This document shows, in pieces, positions 1 through 14,049 of a stretch of DNA of 64,000 bases (the first letter of the stretch is position 1; each line of letters begins with the position of its first letter). The notes under the pieces were generated by a model, which was given only the letters and a program-made list of their open reading frames with translations, did not search any database and had not been told where the DNA came from. The DNA lies in NCBI RefSeq assembly GCF_006345805.1, contig NC_042998.1, positions 98,518,001 to 98,582,000 of the forward strand. Direction: 5' to 3'. Source of the DNA: Octopus sinensis. Its lineage: Eukaryota. The position numbers and the translations under genes are program-made.

Positions 1-2011
1 CACAACAATGAGGTCAGTGTTGGAGTGGCAGTGAATAATTGGATGATATTAGATGGTGTGAAATGGTTGTGAACACATGAGAGTATCATGTGTGAGGACG
101 GAGACATGCGTGCTTGGCTTTAGCATGGTTGGCTCAGGAATAATGGAACATGGATGCAAAAAAAATAATAATACAAGGATTAATAAACTGGGTGTGAATC
201 ACATCAGCCCTAACGTAGGTCGGCAACAAAGTTTTAACAGGTAACCTACCATAATTAAAATCTGTGAGAAATTGCAGGTAACTGCCTTCACTTGAAAAAA
301 TAAACAATTTTATTTTTGAAATTACCAGGTAAAAGTCAGCCACTAATCTATCTATTTGTAAGTATTTCATTAATAATTACAAGCATACTAGCTGACCACA
401 TACAATATATGTATAATAAATGCATACTTTCACACACACATACATACATACTAAAAAAAAGACAAAATTAACATACATATAACAAACATACATGTCATAT
501 ATGTCAGTGAAGTCTTATAAATATAAAACTAATTTAAATGCTGCCTTTCCTATGAGGCACATACTTATAATTATTAATGTGTACAGAAGACATTTACATT
601 CAGATTATCTCATATTGAGTTTCTAGCATCCCATTACATCTTCATTTGAAGACCTATCAAATAAACTGTACATTTAAGCTATAGAGGACCAAGGACTCAT
701 ATTTTGAAAACTTGGTTTGCATTATTGTAGTTCTCATGTTTTTACATGTATGATGTTAATTGGCAGACTAAAATATCTCAATTTTAGCCCTTAGTAATAA
801 TATATATATATGGCATTAAAGGTATCATACAAATTACTTTAGGGTTAATTGTAACTCCTACATATTTATCTATAAGTACATGCATATATACATATACACA
901 CATACATATACTCGCACACATTAATATTACATACACACATCCCTATGGATATTATATTTATATGCAAATAGAGAGACACACATATATAGTCATATCAAAA
1001 CACTCATACATATGCATGCACTTACATATTTGTATATACTTAGATAAAAATATAGTCATAAAATTATTTGAAACTAGATATACTATACTGAAATAATTTC
1101 TATAAGCATCAGGAATGTAGTATTTAGTACCATTTCTGTTTCCACCACCATAGTAGCCAACAATGAAAAATCTTTTCAGAATGAATATTGAGCATTATAT
1201 GTATTTTCAATAATGTTCTTGGCATATTTATTTCAAAAAGTAGTATGATAGACAAATTCCATGTTTATGTTTCTGAGCTGAATTATTGCTAGATTAATTT
1301 AAATGTTCAGTTGCTATTTTGAATAACTTTGTACTAGGTGTATTTAAAACTTAATTTTAATTTTGTTTAATGTAAACTTCTTACACAAATATTTCTTAAA
1401 TTTGGCACGTTAATACAATGCTTATATAAGTGGATTTGACCACTGTTTTGAAGAAAGGTCAAACATGGCTTATTTGTGACTTAAAAGGTTTGACTTAAAT
1501 TAAATACAATTAATATTTTAATGCTTTTTTTTCAAAATATTAATAGGTAATGTAACTTAAGTCTCTCTCTCTCTCTCTCTCGCTACATACACACATACAT
1601 ATATAAATATAAATGTATGTATATATACATCAGATCAAAGTATACAATATATACAAGATTATAGATCCATTTCAGCCAATCTTACCTATTAGTTTTGCAT
1701 TGGATATTAGGTAACCAGATGCTAGAGTGCACTGCAGTTAACTAAAACCATGTGCTCTTCAGCAATGGCAGGCAAACCTGAAATGGATCTATAATACTGT
1801 ATATTTTGATTTCATATATCCATTCTATTGACAAATATGAGTGCATTTTCTTCTTACTTATGGATACCTAGATGACTATATTTTCAGAGAGATAAAGAGA
1901 GAGCTTTATATATCTATCTATATATATAAGCTGTTTATATCAATAATATCAATGATCAAATTCTGTGAACTAAACTAAATCAAAAAGCTAAACACATTTT
2001 TACTTGCTTGT

Positions 2012-2054
<43 letters not shown>

Positions 2055-2814
2055 GATTAAACTATAGTTGACCATTGTTGCCAGCAGAACTACAACTCCA
2101 AGAGGAAAGTGACCACATTAGCTTATATGCTTCATATCTTCCAGTTTCCTTCACATCTATGTTTTTTTGTTTTGAAAATTCTTATGAATGGGAAAATTAC
2201 ACAAATTAGATATTTAATCACATATGAAAATGTGAGACGTAAATGTCCTTCTTAATACTAATTATCCAGTTGCAAGTTGAGAATGATAACACTTACTTTA
2301 CAGTAAAAAAACAACAACAAAAAAACCAAAAAAAACCCCAGAAACTAAGTGAAGCAAATAAAATGATGACTTATACAAGTAAGAGAAAATTCTGAACTTA
2401 AGACCTTGCATTTAAAGATAATCTTAGTAGTAATTTTTTAATAATCATGGTACTCTAGAATCTTGAACATTAGAATATCATAACATACTTTTCTTGAGTA
2501 TGTTTGGTTCTGCAAACAATCCATTCCAACAAGTTATTGCTTCATTAATTGACACAAGCTGTAGTAATATACATTTCTATCATAGGCAGAAGGTCACAAA
2601 TTAGATTACCAACAGTACTTAACTAATATTTGTTTTATTGACCTTAGTGGGATAAAAGGTAGGATTAAAACTTGGAACATAACTTTGAAAAGATAAGTTG
2701 TCCTCAATAGCATTTAGACTCAGGAAATAAAGTGCTGAAAGAAATGTCACAAAGGATTTTTGTCTGGCATGCTAATGTGTCTGCCAGCTTACTACCTTAA
2801 TAACGTTAACAATA

Positions 2815-3270
2815 ATTCTTTCTACAATAAGCCCAAGGCTGGAAATTTTGGTGGATGGGGCTAGTTGATAACATTGAGCTCAGTTCTCAACTGGTACCTA
2901 TTTTATCAACCCCAAAAGGATGAGAGGCAAAGTTGACCTCAGTGGTATTTGAACTTAGAAAGTAAAGAGCTGGAACAAATGTTACCAAGCATTTTGTCTG
3001 GTATGCTAATGATTCTGCCAACTCACTACTTTAATAATAATAAAAATAATAATCTTTTCTACTGGAGCTACAAGGACTCAAATTTGTGGGGAGGGGACTA
3101 GTCAATTACATTGACTCCAGCTCTCAACTGGTACTTATTTTATCAACCCTGAAAGGATGAAAGGCAAAGTTGACCTCAGCAGAATTTGAACTCAGAATGT
3201 AGTGACAGGCAAAATACCGCTAAGCATTTTGTCCAGTATGTTAACAATTCTGTCAGCTCACCACCTTAAT
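2815..3270 (-). repeat. Tandem pair of tRNA-derived SINEs (dominant family in the window)
   Basis: Minus strand GGTGAGCTGACAGAATTGTTA..GAGTTCAAATTC..GTCAACTTTGCCTTTCATCC; copies separated by (AAT)n. Confidence 0.85.
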
Positions 3271-3887
3271 AATGATAATAATGTTGATTATAATTGTAAT
3301 GATATAATGATTATTATTATTACTGTTGTTACTGCCATGAGGACAAAGTACACTAACATCTCAGTAATTCTCTTTAACTTTAAACTTTGTGACAATTCCA
3401 ACTTTTTGATTGAGCTATATAATAACTCCTAGGTATTAACACCACTTGCCAAATAAAAAAAATATTGTAAATTGGAAAGAGGTTTAGACTTTAAGGCTCT
3501 GCTTCATTGTTGCTTGTTTATTTTTTCCATTAAAGCAATTAGAATATAAATAAAATACAATAAATTGAAATGAACTAAATCATTAAAGAAGAGGCACAGT
3601 TAAGAATTTCAATTATTGTTTTAATACATTGATGTATCATATTCGACTGTGTTTGAAGTTAATTAAAGATATGGGTATCAAAAGATATGTTTAGTAAGCA
3701 GTTAAGCAGCTGACAAAGGCCATGATTTTACACTTAGGCTTTTTAGGAATAAAATTTTTTTAAAAAAAGAAAAAGATCCCATTTCTGAGTGTTTTTTCTA
3801 TACTTGCAATAAATTCTTTAAAAAGCTGTTTGATTTTTTTTCATACTTAAATATCAAATTTAAAGCTAAATGATTTAGCAAGATTGA

Positions 3888-3933
<46 letters not shown>

Positions 3934-3944
3934 GCAATAGATGT

Positions 3945-4380
3945 TCCTAATTTTGGCCTGAGGCCAGTAATTTTTGAAGAGTGGAGTTTAGTGTATACCA
4001 TCAACCCCGGTTATAGACTGATACTTTATTTTATTGACTTTGAAAGGGTGAAAGGCAAAGTTGACCCTGGTGGGAGTTGAACTCAGAATGTAAAGAGCTG
4101 GAACACTGCAAGGTACTTTTTCTAATGCTCTTAATGATCCACCAGCTTGCTACCAAAAATTATTTCTAATTTAGGTAGTAAGCCAGTAGTCTTGAAGGTA
4201 GAGGGTTAGTAGATACTACTTATCCCAATACATGACTCCTATTTCATTTTATTAATCCCAGAGGGATGAAAGGCAAAGCTGGTCTTGATGGGATTTGAGC
4301 TTAGAATGTAAAGAGCCTGAAGAAATACCACAAGGCATTTTGTCCAACACTGTAATGACTTTGCCAATCTATTACCTTTA
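3945..4380 (-). repeat. Tandem pair of the same SINE family
   Basis: Shared GAAAGGCAAAG..GA(A/G)CT(C/T)AGAATGTAAAGAGC core. Confidence 0.8.
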
Positions 4381-6011
4381 TAATAATAATAATAATAATT
4401 TATATCTGTGGCACAAACCCACAAATTTTGGAGAAGTGTAATTGATTTAGTTGACATGTACTTCAGTGGTATTTATTTTACCAATCTCAAAAGAATAACA
4501 ACAACAAAAATCTTTTATATATTTGCCTGATGGCCATCACTAACCATTATAAATCTTTTTATGACATGAAGCATTTCTTTAACTTAAACCTCAGGAAAAT
4601 GCACCGGTTTTTAAAAATTTCTGATTATAAATTGTTTGCATTTGTTTTCACATCATGTTAAAGTTACTCTTAATGGATACAGTTAAAAACGTTTCATATT
4701 TACTGAGCAAGAAAAATGATAACTTATCATTTGAATGTTGCCTTTCTCTAAATAATTAGGCTTAGTGCTTTTCTAAATGCATGTGACACTGTTATAATAG
4801 TAACATACATATGCACACTTATGCCCAGAAACACACATACACAGCAGACGCTTGTAGATCCATTTTAAACAGCAGATTTTTTTAAATGTTGAAAGGTTCA
4901 TTTGTTTTGAATGATGATTTGGACTTCTTAGCGTCAAAAATATCTCTGCTACACAATGGACAATGTCACTTATTTTTGGAAAGAATGCCTCTTCTGAAAT
5001 AAGAATAATCCATTAGTAAAAGAAATTTTGTTATAGTAGCAGTATTAGTATATTAGTAATAACAATAATAGCAACAACTACAACAAAATATGCAACAATG
5101 ATATTGAGATTTGGCACAAGACAAAAAATATTTGGGGTTGGGTATTGTTAATTTATCTAACCTGAGTACTTATACATTTCTAATATATCACCCTCTCCCA
5201 AAGGGATGAAAAGTAAAGTTTCAACCAAGAACATAAAAGAATGTAACTGAATGCTGCAAGTCAGGCACTGAATTGGTTGTACCCCTCCACCACAGTAAAT
5301 AACAGTAAGAATAATAACCATTTCTTGTATTGAGACAAGGCCACAGATTTGTAAAATTGGTGACTGAATTGATACAAATATATCGCTGGTATTTGTTTTA
5401 TCAATTCTGAAGCAACAAGCAAAAAATGGGCATGCTTAAGTAGTCACTCATTTTTGCTAGAAATAACAACCAAGTCTTATTGAAAACACCCCTTACTGTC
5501 TTTGAAAAGTAAAGCCACACAAGACAATGTGTGGTCAGGGTTGATCTGTATTTGACAGGCAAAGTCGACTACAGTGAAATTTGAATTTAGAATGAATAGG
5601 AACATATCTAAATACCATTAGGCATTTAGTCTGGCGTTCTACTATTTCTGCCAATTTCTCACCCTAATGATAATGATAATAATGTTTAAATCACATACTT
5701 ACACACATGTGATCTAATTCTTTGTGTCTTAGCTTTGATTTCCTGGTATTAATGAAAAGGGAAAGAATCTTTTGCTAGATAGGTTGCAGCCTATCCAGCT
5801 AAGTAACATTACTAGAATATCTCTCACACTGTTCCCAGTACGATAAGGAAATATTCCCAGTAAGATAAGTAAGATAAGGTGCATAGAGTTAAGTGCACTG
5901 CTTAAACACTCTGAGATGTTTGCAGTAACTTGAACAGAAAACTTATGGATTTAAATTCAAAACACCATATCCACTTGGTCATTCCGCTTTAACAGAGTGA
6001 AGCTCTGAGTG

Positions 6012-6013
<2 letters not shown>

Positions 6014-6080
<67 letters not shown>
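6014..6080. repeat. (TG)n microsatellite
   Basis: Direct inspection. Confidence 0.97.
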
Positions 6081-6086
<6 letters not shown>

Positions 6087-7427
6087 ATGTATATATGGAT
6101 ATTTGGTTAGAAAGTAAACATTTTTCAATAAATTAATTTAAACAATTTGCAAAATATAAATGACAAATAAACATGAACATGAATAAATAAAAATCAAAAA
6201 TAAACAATGAGAACATTATGGAGCTGAAGGAAGGAAAACAAAATCAGCTGTTAACATCACACATTATCATTATCTGACAAACTTTCTAACAGTTGGTAGT
6301 TCCAAGAGGAAGTATGGTTCAGGAAGAAATGAGGAAGTCATTACAAATATCTCCTGATTAAAACAATATTAAAAATAAATAAACTGAGAATATTTTGCAT
6401 TTTAACAAAATAAACAGCTGCTACATCAGGCTTATAAAATATAGCTAAGCAGATATATAATGCCAGTGTTGGTGGTGGTGTTGGTGGTGGTAGTGGCGAT
6501 AGTGATAATGATGATGATAGTGCTAGTGGCAGTGATGCTAGTGGTTGTGATGTGGTGTTCACAAAGTGTTGAGTATTATAATTCTTTGTGTCTTCAGGTA
6601 TTTCTCAATATGTCACACCTACCTCAAAACCACCAACCATAGTGGTACCATTCAAGTTTATCTTAACTGTAGTTTTTGTTATTTTGATTCTCCCATTTAC
6701 TTATACCTTCACAAAGAACATCCTGATTTTCTATTATTTTTATCCTTAAAGCTGAGATGTTAAGATAATTCTGTTCACCTTTTTATTTCTTGTGTGCAGT
6801 TTAAAGCAATCCATGACACTTTTATGAGAAGAATGGCTATAAAAATTTTGATATTTTTGCAATTAAAATTACTTTCAAAGAAACATGTGTTGAATATCTT
6901 GCAAAGTTACAAACCAAAGCAATACTTATATGGATGCTCACAGTTTAAGCAGAGCACATATAAGCTCCCATGAGTACCATTCTTATATTACACACTTGGG
7001 AACATGGCCTCTTGTTTCTTTGTTATGATGAAACAAGTGCTAGTACTGAAACTCATATTCTTTAGTTGGAAATTCTTAGTCTTCTAATGAGTAGCTAGTT
7101 ATGTTAGAAGGGATTGTCATTGGAAAGAAGAAAAACAATAGGAGACCAAAACATGACACCATTAGCGATCTACCTGAATTCTAGGAAATTAATGTCCTCT
7201 TGCTACAAGTTGATATCAATTTCAAAAAATTAAAAGATAAAATTAATCTTTCTAAGATTTAAACTCAGAATGTAAAAAGCTGTAACTAAATACTGCAAGG
7301 CATTTTGTCTGACACTTTAATGATTGCATAGAGTGGAATAACATATAAATTAAGCAATCATATTTGAACATCCAAATAATACATTCTCTAATAGTTCTAG
7401 CAATCTGTTTTCAATCATATATATATT

Positions 7428-7625
7428 CTTTTACTTGTTTCAATCATTTGACTGTGGCCATGCTGGAGCACCACCTTTAGTCGAACAAATTAACTCCAGG
7501 ACTTATTCTTTGCAAGCCTAGTACATATTCTATTGGTCTCTTTTGGTGAACCACCAAGTTACGGGGACGTAAACACACCAATGTTGGTTGTCAAACGATG
7601 GTAGGGTGACAAACACAGACACACT
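7428..7625. repeat. Third interspersed repeat family (SINE-like)
   Basis: TTTACTTGTTTCAATCATTTGACTGTGGCCATGCTGG... also at 22800-23015 and inverted at 53660-53850. Confidence 0.75.
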
Positions 7626-7757
7626 AATACATAGATATACATATATATAGATATACATATATATATACATACATATATATAATATACATATATATATACA
7701 TACATATATATATATATACATTATATATATATATATTATATATTATATATATATAGA

Positions 7758-7793
<36 letters not shown>

Positions 7794-7848
7794 ACATATA
7801 CATATATATATACATATACATATATATACATATATATAATATATATAC

Positions 7849-7881
<33 letters not shown>

Positions 7882-7949
7882 ATATATATACATATACATA
7901 TATATATACATATACATATATATATGCATATATATATATATATTATATA

Positions 7950-7995
<46 letters not shown>

Positions 7996-8069
7996 ATACA
8001 TATACATATATATATACATATACATATATATATACATATATATATATATATTATATATATATATATATA

Positions 8070-8140
<71 letters not shown>

Positions 8141-8209
8141 CATATATATATATATATTATATATATATACATATATATATTATATATATATATATACATA
8201 CATATATAG

Positions 8210-8241
<32 letters not shown>

Positions 8242-8357
8242 TATATATATACATATATATACATATATATACATATATATTATACATATATATATACATA
8301 CATATATATACATATATATATATATTATATATATATATATCTATATATATATATATC

Positions 8358-8385
<28 letters not shown>
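7626..8385. repeat. About 760-bp compound (TA)n/(TACA)n microsatellite
   Basis: Direct inspection; source of the spurious 229-aa ORF. Confidence 0.97.
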
Positions 8386-8388
<3 letters not shown>

Positions 8389-8497
8389 CTTCACTCACAA
8401 GGCTTTGGTTGGCCAAGTTTGCCCAAGGTGTCATGCAATGGAACTGAACCAAGAACCATGTGGTTGGGAAGCAAGCTTCATACTACACAGGCACTCC

Positions 8498-8533
<36 letters not shown>

Positions 8534-9442
8534 GTATTTTGAGTGTCTGAATTATTCATATGTCATTAATTTACTGGAATTACATCAGCTTTTTAAACTT
8601 ACTGAACTTATTCCTCTCCCAAAACATAAAGTCAAAATTATCTTCCAGTTTATATTGGCTAATATTTCAATGATGCATGCTAGCCTTAAACTAGTTCATG
8701 TATAGAGTTGAGCTCAAAACTGAACTCTCTTCAAGTTGGATGACATTATAAAATGTAAGATATCAATGAATGATTAATAGTAAAGAGGTTTGATTTTTAT
8801 AAATAATATACTCTAATAATGTCAGAAAAATTTAAAAAAAAACTTCCATACTGTCATTAGACTCGGATATAATATACATTTCAGATTACAACATTTTTAC
8901 AATACCAGACACTGAAGATTCTCCTTTTACTGAGAACTTCTAGCAGTGGAATTATTGTTATTTGTTACCCTTTGACTCTCAGCATTTGTCCACAGCAGTT
9001 TGTGTCAGACTCTCTTGTTAATTTGGTCACTAATGCATTTTTTTTTCAAGAAGTCTACAGACCTGCTGTTTTTCGATGAGACTATTATTTCCTTAACTCT
9101 AACTAACCGAGTTATTTTTGCCTAATTCTGAGTCTACAAGTTTATTTTACATAGTTTTCTCTTTAAACTTCCTATATATTAAGTTTAATTATGAATATTG
9201 CAACATACTAAACATAGTAATTTTCATCCTTAAGTTTAAAATACAGTAAACTTTAAGCTCTCTCTCTCTATATATATATATGAATATTTATTAATATAAG
9301 AACCCTTCATATTAATAAATGTAATAATAAAAAAAACGAACATGTATCTTTTTCAAAAAGATACACTAAAGAATTGCATCAAGAGAATGTTTATGAAAGA
9401 CACAACTATACATGCAAATAGGACTGTTTGTTTGAGTATATA

Positions 9443-9486
<44 letters not shown>

Positions 9487-9548
9487 TATATATATATACA
9501 TACATACATACATACACACTTAAATAATATACACACAAATACTCATCA

Positions 9549-9586
<38 letters not shown>

Positions 9587-9703
9587 AAATACAATATAGT
9601 TAAGCGCATGCTTCAAATATAAAGGCAAAATTAGAACATTCTTTCTTTAAATGTAACAAATCATGAAAGTGAAAATAATATGTTGTTTTATAACAAACGA
9701 TAC

Positions 9704-10038
9704 CTTTACTTCAACAGCCTCTGGAATAACTTCGACTGATTTTGCAATAGGTGCTCCAGCTCCTGTTCGACGTAACTGTAATGTTTGGGCATCGGGACCA
9801 AATGCTGAACTGAGAGGTCCATGGGTTGGGGAACCTTGATGTAAAGTAACTATTTCACCATCCCCCTGGTCTTGTAAACCACGCCGAGAAATAAGGTGTC
9901 TCATACTAGTGGTTTTGGTTTTCTTTTTAATTTTGAATGTTTTGCGACTCTTGGCATCTTGCCTCTGCAGACGATGTTTGGCAGGATCATGGCTTGAAAC
10001 ATCTGCAGAGCCTTCTTCGTCAGTCATAGCTCCAGTTA
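9704..10038 (-). CDS. UNC80: UNC80 exon (VTGAMTDEEG...HRLQRQDAKSRKTFKIKK...EAVEVK)
   Basis: 335 nt, cttcag acceptor, probable donor AAG|GTATCG; read-through would instead stop at 9647. Confidence 0.85.
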
Positions 10039-10428
10039 CTGAAGAGATAAAGTAAACAGTTATGTATTAAATCAACACTCATGTTTGTATGAATTTTTAT
10101 GGTATTTTATGAGGAGAAGGAGAGATGAACTTGATATTTTTGTACAACATATTGCCCAAACAAACAGAGCTGTTGTTATTTAATGATGCATTACTTCCTG
10201 TTATGCTTTGTATGTAATGAAGCCTTGTTTTATTATCACAGATAATAATCACAGGTCAGCAAAATGTTTTGTCTAAATAAAAAAAAAATCCAAGGACAAC
10301 TTTTAATCATCTCTCATCCATTATAAACTGATGTCATTTTACAGAAAAGAATTAAACTCTGGCATAGAAATATAACAGTTTAGTCTCCTGCTACATGGAA
10401 TTTACAAATATGACAAATATAATAATAC

Positions 10429-10572
10429 CTGCACCATTTACTTGACTTTCAGAGCATTCATTTTCAAAGACAATACCAGCTGGTTGAGAAGTCCTACTAG
10501 GGCTTCCTTGACGAACTTGAAAACATATTGTAGACTGTCGTTGTAATTTGGGTGAGGTAGTTTCAGGAGGTT
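10429..10572 (-). CDS. UNC80: UNC80 exon (EPPETTSPKLQRQSTICF...SESQVNGA)
   Basis: 144 nt, tttcag / CAG|GTATTA, phase 1 to 1; the GT that would end the exon at 10442 gives the wrong phase for the next exon. Confidence 0.85.
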
Positions 10573-11312
10573 CTGAAAAATGTATTTAAATTAAAACAAA
10601 ATACTGCATACTCAATTTTCCTATAAATTCTAAACATGTTATCTCTGCAAAGATGATATTTTGAATTCATTACAGTTTGGTCTTGAGTATATATGTATAA
10701 TATATATTCTGCAGAGGAAATTTTTTCAATAAATTATATTTTCTGTTGTTGCTTCATGGTAAAGTCATGGTAGCCATTAACAATACACATATGCCCTTAT
10801 ATTTACTTTTGCATCATTTTGAAACTGGATCATATTTATTAAATATCAAATACTTTCACTTTATCTCTGGTCATAGATATTTTAATCTACAATATAAACT
10901 GAGACAGAATAGAATATTAGTGTTAGCTACCAGGCTATGGATGTATAATGAAAGACTTTCATATTTGATGATATATGCTATGACAATATAAAACAAAATT
11001 GGGTATATCATGATAAATTTGTGCTTTAAATGCATATCAGCACTCTACAACAATGTTATTATTTCAGCTTTAGCACACAATTTCTACCAAATCGCTTCCT
11101 AAAAAAATAAACTAAAAAATTCTATAGTTAATTTTATATTATTTGATATTATTCTATTATTTTGTTTTAATATATATGTCTGATTCAAAATATGATGGAA
11201 CTATTGTGTCTTTCTCTCTTTGAATATAACTGGAATGTTGGGTTTATTTTATGGATGCACATTTATCCTTATTACAAGGTGAGTATTTAATATGAATGAT
11301 GAATTACAATAC

Positions 11313-11513
11313 CTGGTGAAGGATCATCTACTATTGTATTCTTGCGTTCAAACTTGTCTAAGATACGGCTACCATCCTTTGCACTGATTCTGCGGGTTGA
11401 TTTCTTGCTTGTACTTATCAAAGGACTTCCACTGCCAGCACTTGAATTAATAGTTGTTGCAGTTTTAAATGGTGTGCTGCTACTAGAACTGGACTGAGAA
11501 AATACAGTGGAAC
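11313..11513 (-). CDS. UNC80: UNC80 exon, Ser/Thr-rich tail (GSTVFSQSSSSS...IVDDPSP)
   Basis: 201 nt, polypyrimidine tract + tactag / CAG|GTATTG, phase 1 to 1. Confidence 0.87.
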
Positions 11514-12701
11514 CTAGTAAAGAGAATGAAAAGAAAGAAATAAGAATACCAGAAATAATTAACATAAATTAAATAGCTTGTGTGTTGGTTTGCTGTTATG
11601 CAAATGACAAAGTGGAGAAATAGGAAGCTGTCAAACAAAAGAAATAAAGAGTATGTGTGAGAATGACAGTAGGAAGCATTTTACTTTCATTTTACTTCTA
11701 ATATATTGTATTACATCTAATACAGTATTTTTGGAAGTAAAACATACAAATGAATGAATACCCACAACAAGATGAAAACTGGAGATCAAACAAGCTAAAT
11801 ATAGCATCAAAATAAATATTATAAATTCACACTTTCAAGATATGATTAACAGTTCAGAAAATAAAATTTTAAGTTGATGTCTACTTTTGATTATCTAGTA
11901 GACTGAGGTATATAGAGTGAAGTGTATTGCTCAAATACTTATCAAATGCTTGCTGCAGATTTGAGCTTCAAGTTCATGAGATGATAACTCAATAACACAT
12001 CCACTAAGCCATTTCATTTTTAAATTTAGAGGAGGAAGCAATGAAAGTAGGTGATGTTCAGAACTTTTCTTTAAGATTTTAGCAATGTAATTGCAAATCC
12101 CCTTGTCAAACATATTATTAAAAAGTAAAATTTTGCTATGGTTAAAATTTACTTTTACATATAAAATGTTTGAGTTAGAAAATGAGTTAATATTTCAAAA
12201 TAAAGAAAAAAAAGAAAAACTATCTCTCCTTCTTTTACAACACGACTTTCCAGAACACTATAGAATTGCTATGAAGTGTAAATTGCAGCAATTTTCCATT
12301 GCCCTCCTTAAGTTGGTAGAAGTGTAAGACATAGAAGGAAGATGAGATTTTCAACATACATTTCCTTCTCGAGTACATTAGCAACTAAAGTGAAGTAACA
12401 TAATGTATTAGGGCAACATACTTTTCTGTGAATACTCTAAAGTTCTGATATTGCTTCATTTGAAATATTGCTTAATTTATTTCTGGTGTTCAGGTACAGT
12501 GTAAAAATATTTTGACAGGTGACTTGGCTTAAAATGCTTTTTACATTTCAGTATCTGCCCATGAAAAATTATTTTTGTAATAAAAATATTTTATATGTAT
12601 TTGTAATTTAGTTGCATGGAAAGTAACAACATTTGCAAAGTTATGTGGGGACAAGCAGATATGGAGGTCTATGATCATAGACTTCTGTGAATATGGCATA
12701 T

Positions 12702-12702
<1 letters not shown>

Positions 12703-12786
<84 letters not shown>
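12703..12786. repeat. (GA)n microsatellite
   Basis: Direct inspection. Confidence 0.97.
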
Positions 12787-12788
<2 letters not shown>

Positions 12789-12859
12789 TGGACAATCAAA
12801 ATTTTATATTCAAAAAGCATTATACTTCTTACACAACAAGCCAGAAGAAAAGGATTTAC

Positions 12860-13000
12860 CTTTGCTGGAATGTTTTCCCACACTGCCCAAAGAAAATTTG
12901 GGAGGTACAATTTCAGCTGTTATTTCATTTATTTGTTGCTGCTGATCAGTGGCTTGATTGTAAGAAAGCTCTGACTGGTCAGAAAGCATGGCAGGAGTAC
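12860..13000 (-). CDS. UNC80: UNC80 exon, disordered tail (GTPAMLSDQSEL...GKHSSK)
   Basis: 141 nt, cttcag / AAG|GTAAAT, phase 1 to 1, open frame. Confidence 0.85.
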
Positions 13001-13212
13001 CTGAAGAAAAGTCTGAGAACAAAAGAAATATATAAATGTGTTTATGTGTGAAATTTTACATCTGTTGTTCTCCTACCCACCAAGCATGAATATTACGTAT
13101 CAGCATTTAAACCAGAAAATTCAGTCTTACAACATGTGATGTTAAATTTTAATCAAGTATTGAAATGTAACAAAAAAAAATTCTATTAAGATCTATGTAA
13201 AATTATGCTTAC

Positions 13213-13378
13213 CTGCATTTGCTAATTCTTCTTTGATCTGTCGTAACTCTATTGTCAACTGAATGAGAATGTTACCTTTACATTTAGGATGATTCACAGA
13301 ATGGACGCCCATTAGTTTGTCTTTGATAATTTGCTGTAAGAAATATTCTTCTGCAGTGTCACAATTAACTTTCATCAT
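13213..13378 (-). CDS. UNC80: UNC80 exon (MMKVNCDTAEEYFLQQ...LRQIKEELANA)
   Basis: 166 nt, tgccag / CAG|GTAAGC, phase 0 to 1. Confidence 0.93.
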
Positions 13379-13454
13379 CTGGCAGAAAAAAAAAACAGTA
13401 AAGCAGGACGAGAAGAAAAAATACAAAATATAATCACTGAGTTACATTAGTGTA

Positions 13455-13572
13455 TCATCATCATCATCATCATCATTTCGCGTCCATTTTCCATGCTAGC
13501 ATGGGTTGGACGGTTCAACTGGGGTCTGTGAAGCCGGAAGGCTGCATCAGGCCCAGTCAGATCTGGCAGTGT
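13455..13572 (-). repeat. Short RTE 3'-tail insertion
   Basis: Nearly identical to 31343-31465. Confidence 0.85.
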
Positions 13573-13614
13573 ATATAGAATAGATTTGGTTGAGATTGAT
13601 TTCAGATGATATAA

Positions 13615-13832
13615 TATTGGTTTCAAATTCTGGCACAAGGCCAGTAAGTCTGGGCAAGGGGATGAGTTGATTACATCAATCCAGTGCTCAACTGCTACTT
13701 ATTTTATTGACCTCCAAAACGATGAAAGGCAAAGTCAACCTTGGTGGAATTTGAACTCAGAACACAAAAACGGATGAAATCCAGTTAAGCATTTTGTCCA
13801 GTGTGCAAATGATTCTGCCAACTCTCTGCCTT
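13615..13832 (-). repeat. SINE, dominant family
   Basis: Full-length similarity to 3055-3268; further copies near 21425-21632, 23030-23240, 56430-56615 (minus) and 44115-44285, 59650-59845 (plus). Confidence 0.85.
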
Positions 13833-14049
13833 ATCAGATGATGTAATATCAATATTTGTGAAATTCAAGAGGAGATCCAGAAATCAAAGAAGACACAAAA
13901 ATACAGAACTATCCTGCTCACCTATTTCAATAATTTCTCACCTTAAAACTTTAGTAAAAACTTAACTGAAGGTCAAATGCATAAGTTTTTATATAGTTTT
14001 TAAAAAATTAAATAGTTATTTAGTATAGAAAAATGTAATAGGGTCCTGA

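Noticed and set aside
1-330. GC-richer stretch that might be an exon or an LTR end
   Set aside because: Truncated by the window edge, interrupted frames, no diagnostic motif.
7624-8313. 229-aa ORF and similar Y/I/M-, RE-, SL- and poly-L/Y ORFs (9342, 12541-12974, 16955, 46919)
   Set aside because: Translations of (TA)n, (GA)n and (AAT)n microsatellites, not genes.
8850-9140. Possible terminal UNC80 exon
   Set aside because: No convincing acceptor with an open phase-0 frame; stops in all minus frames and no recognisable motif.
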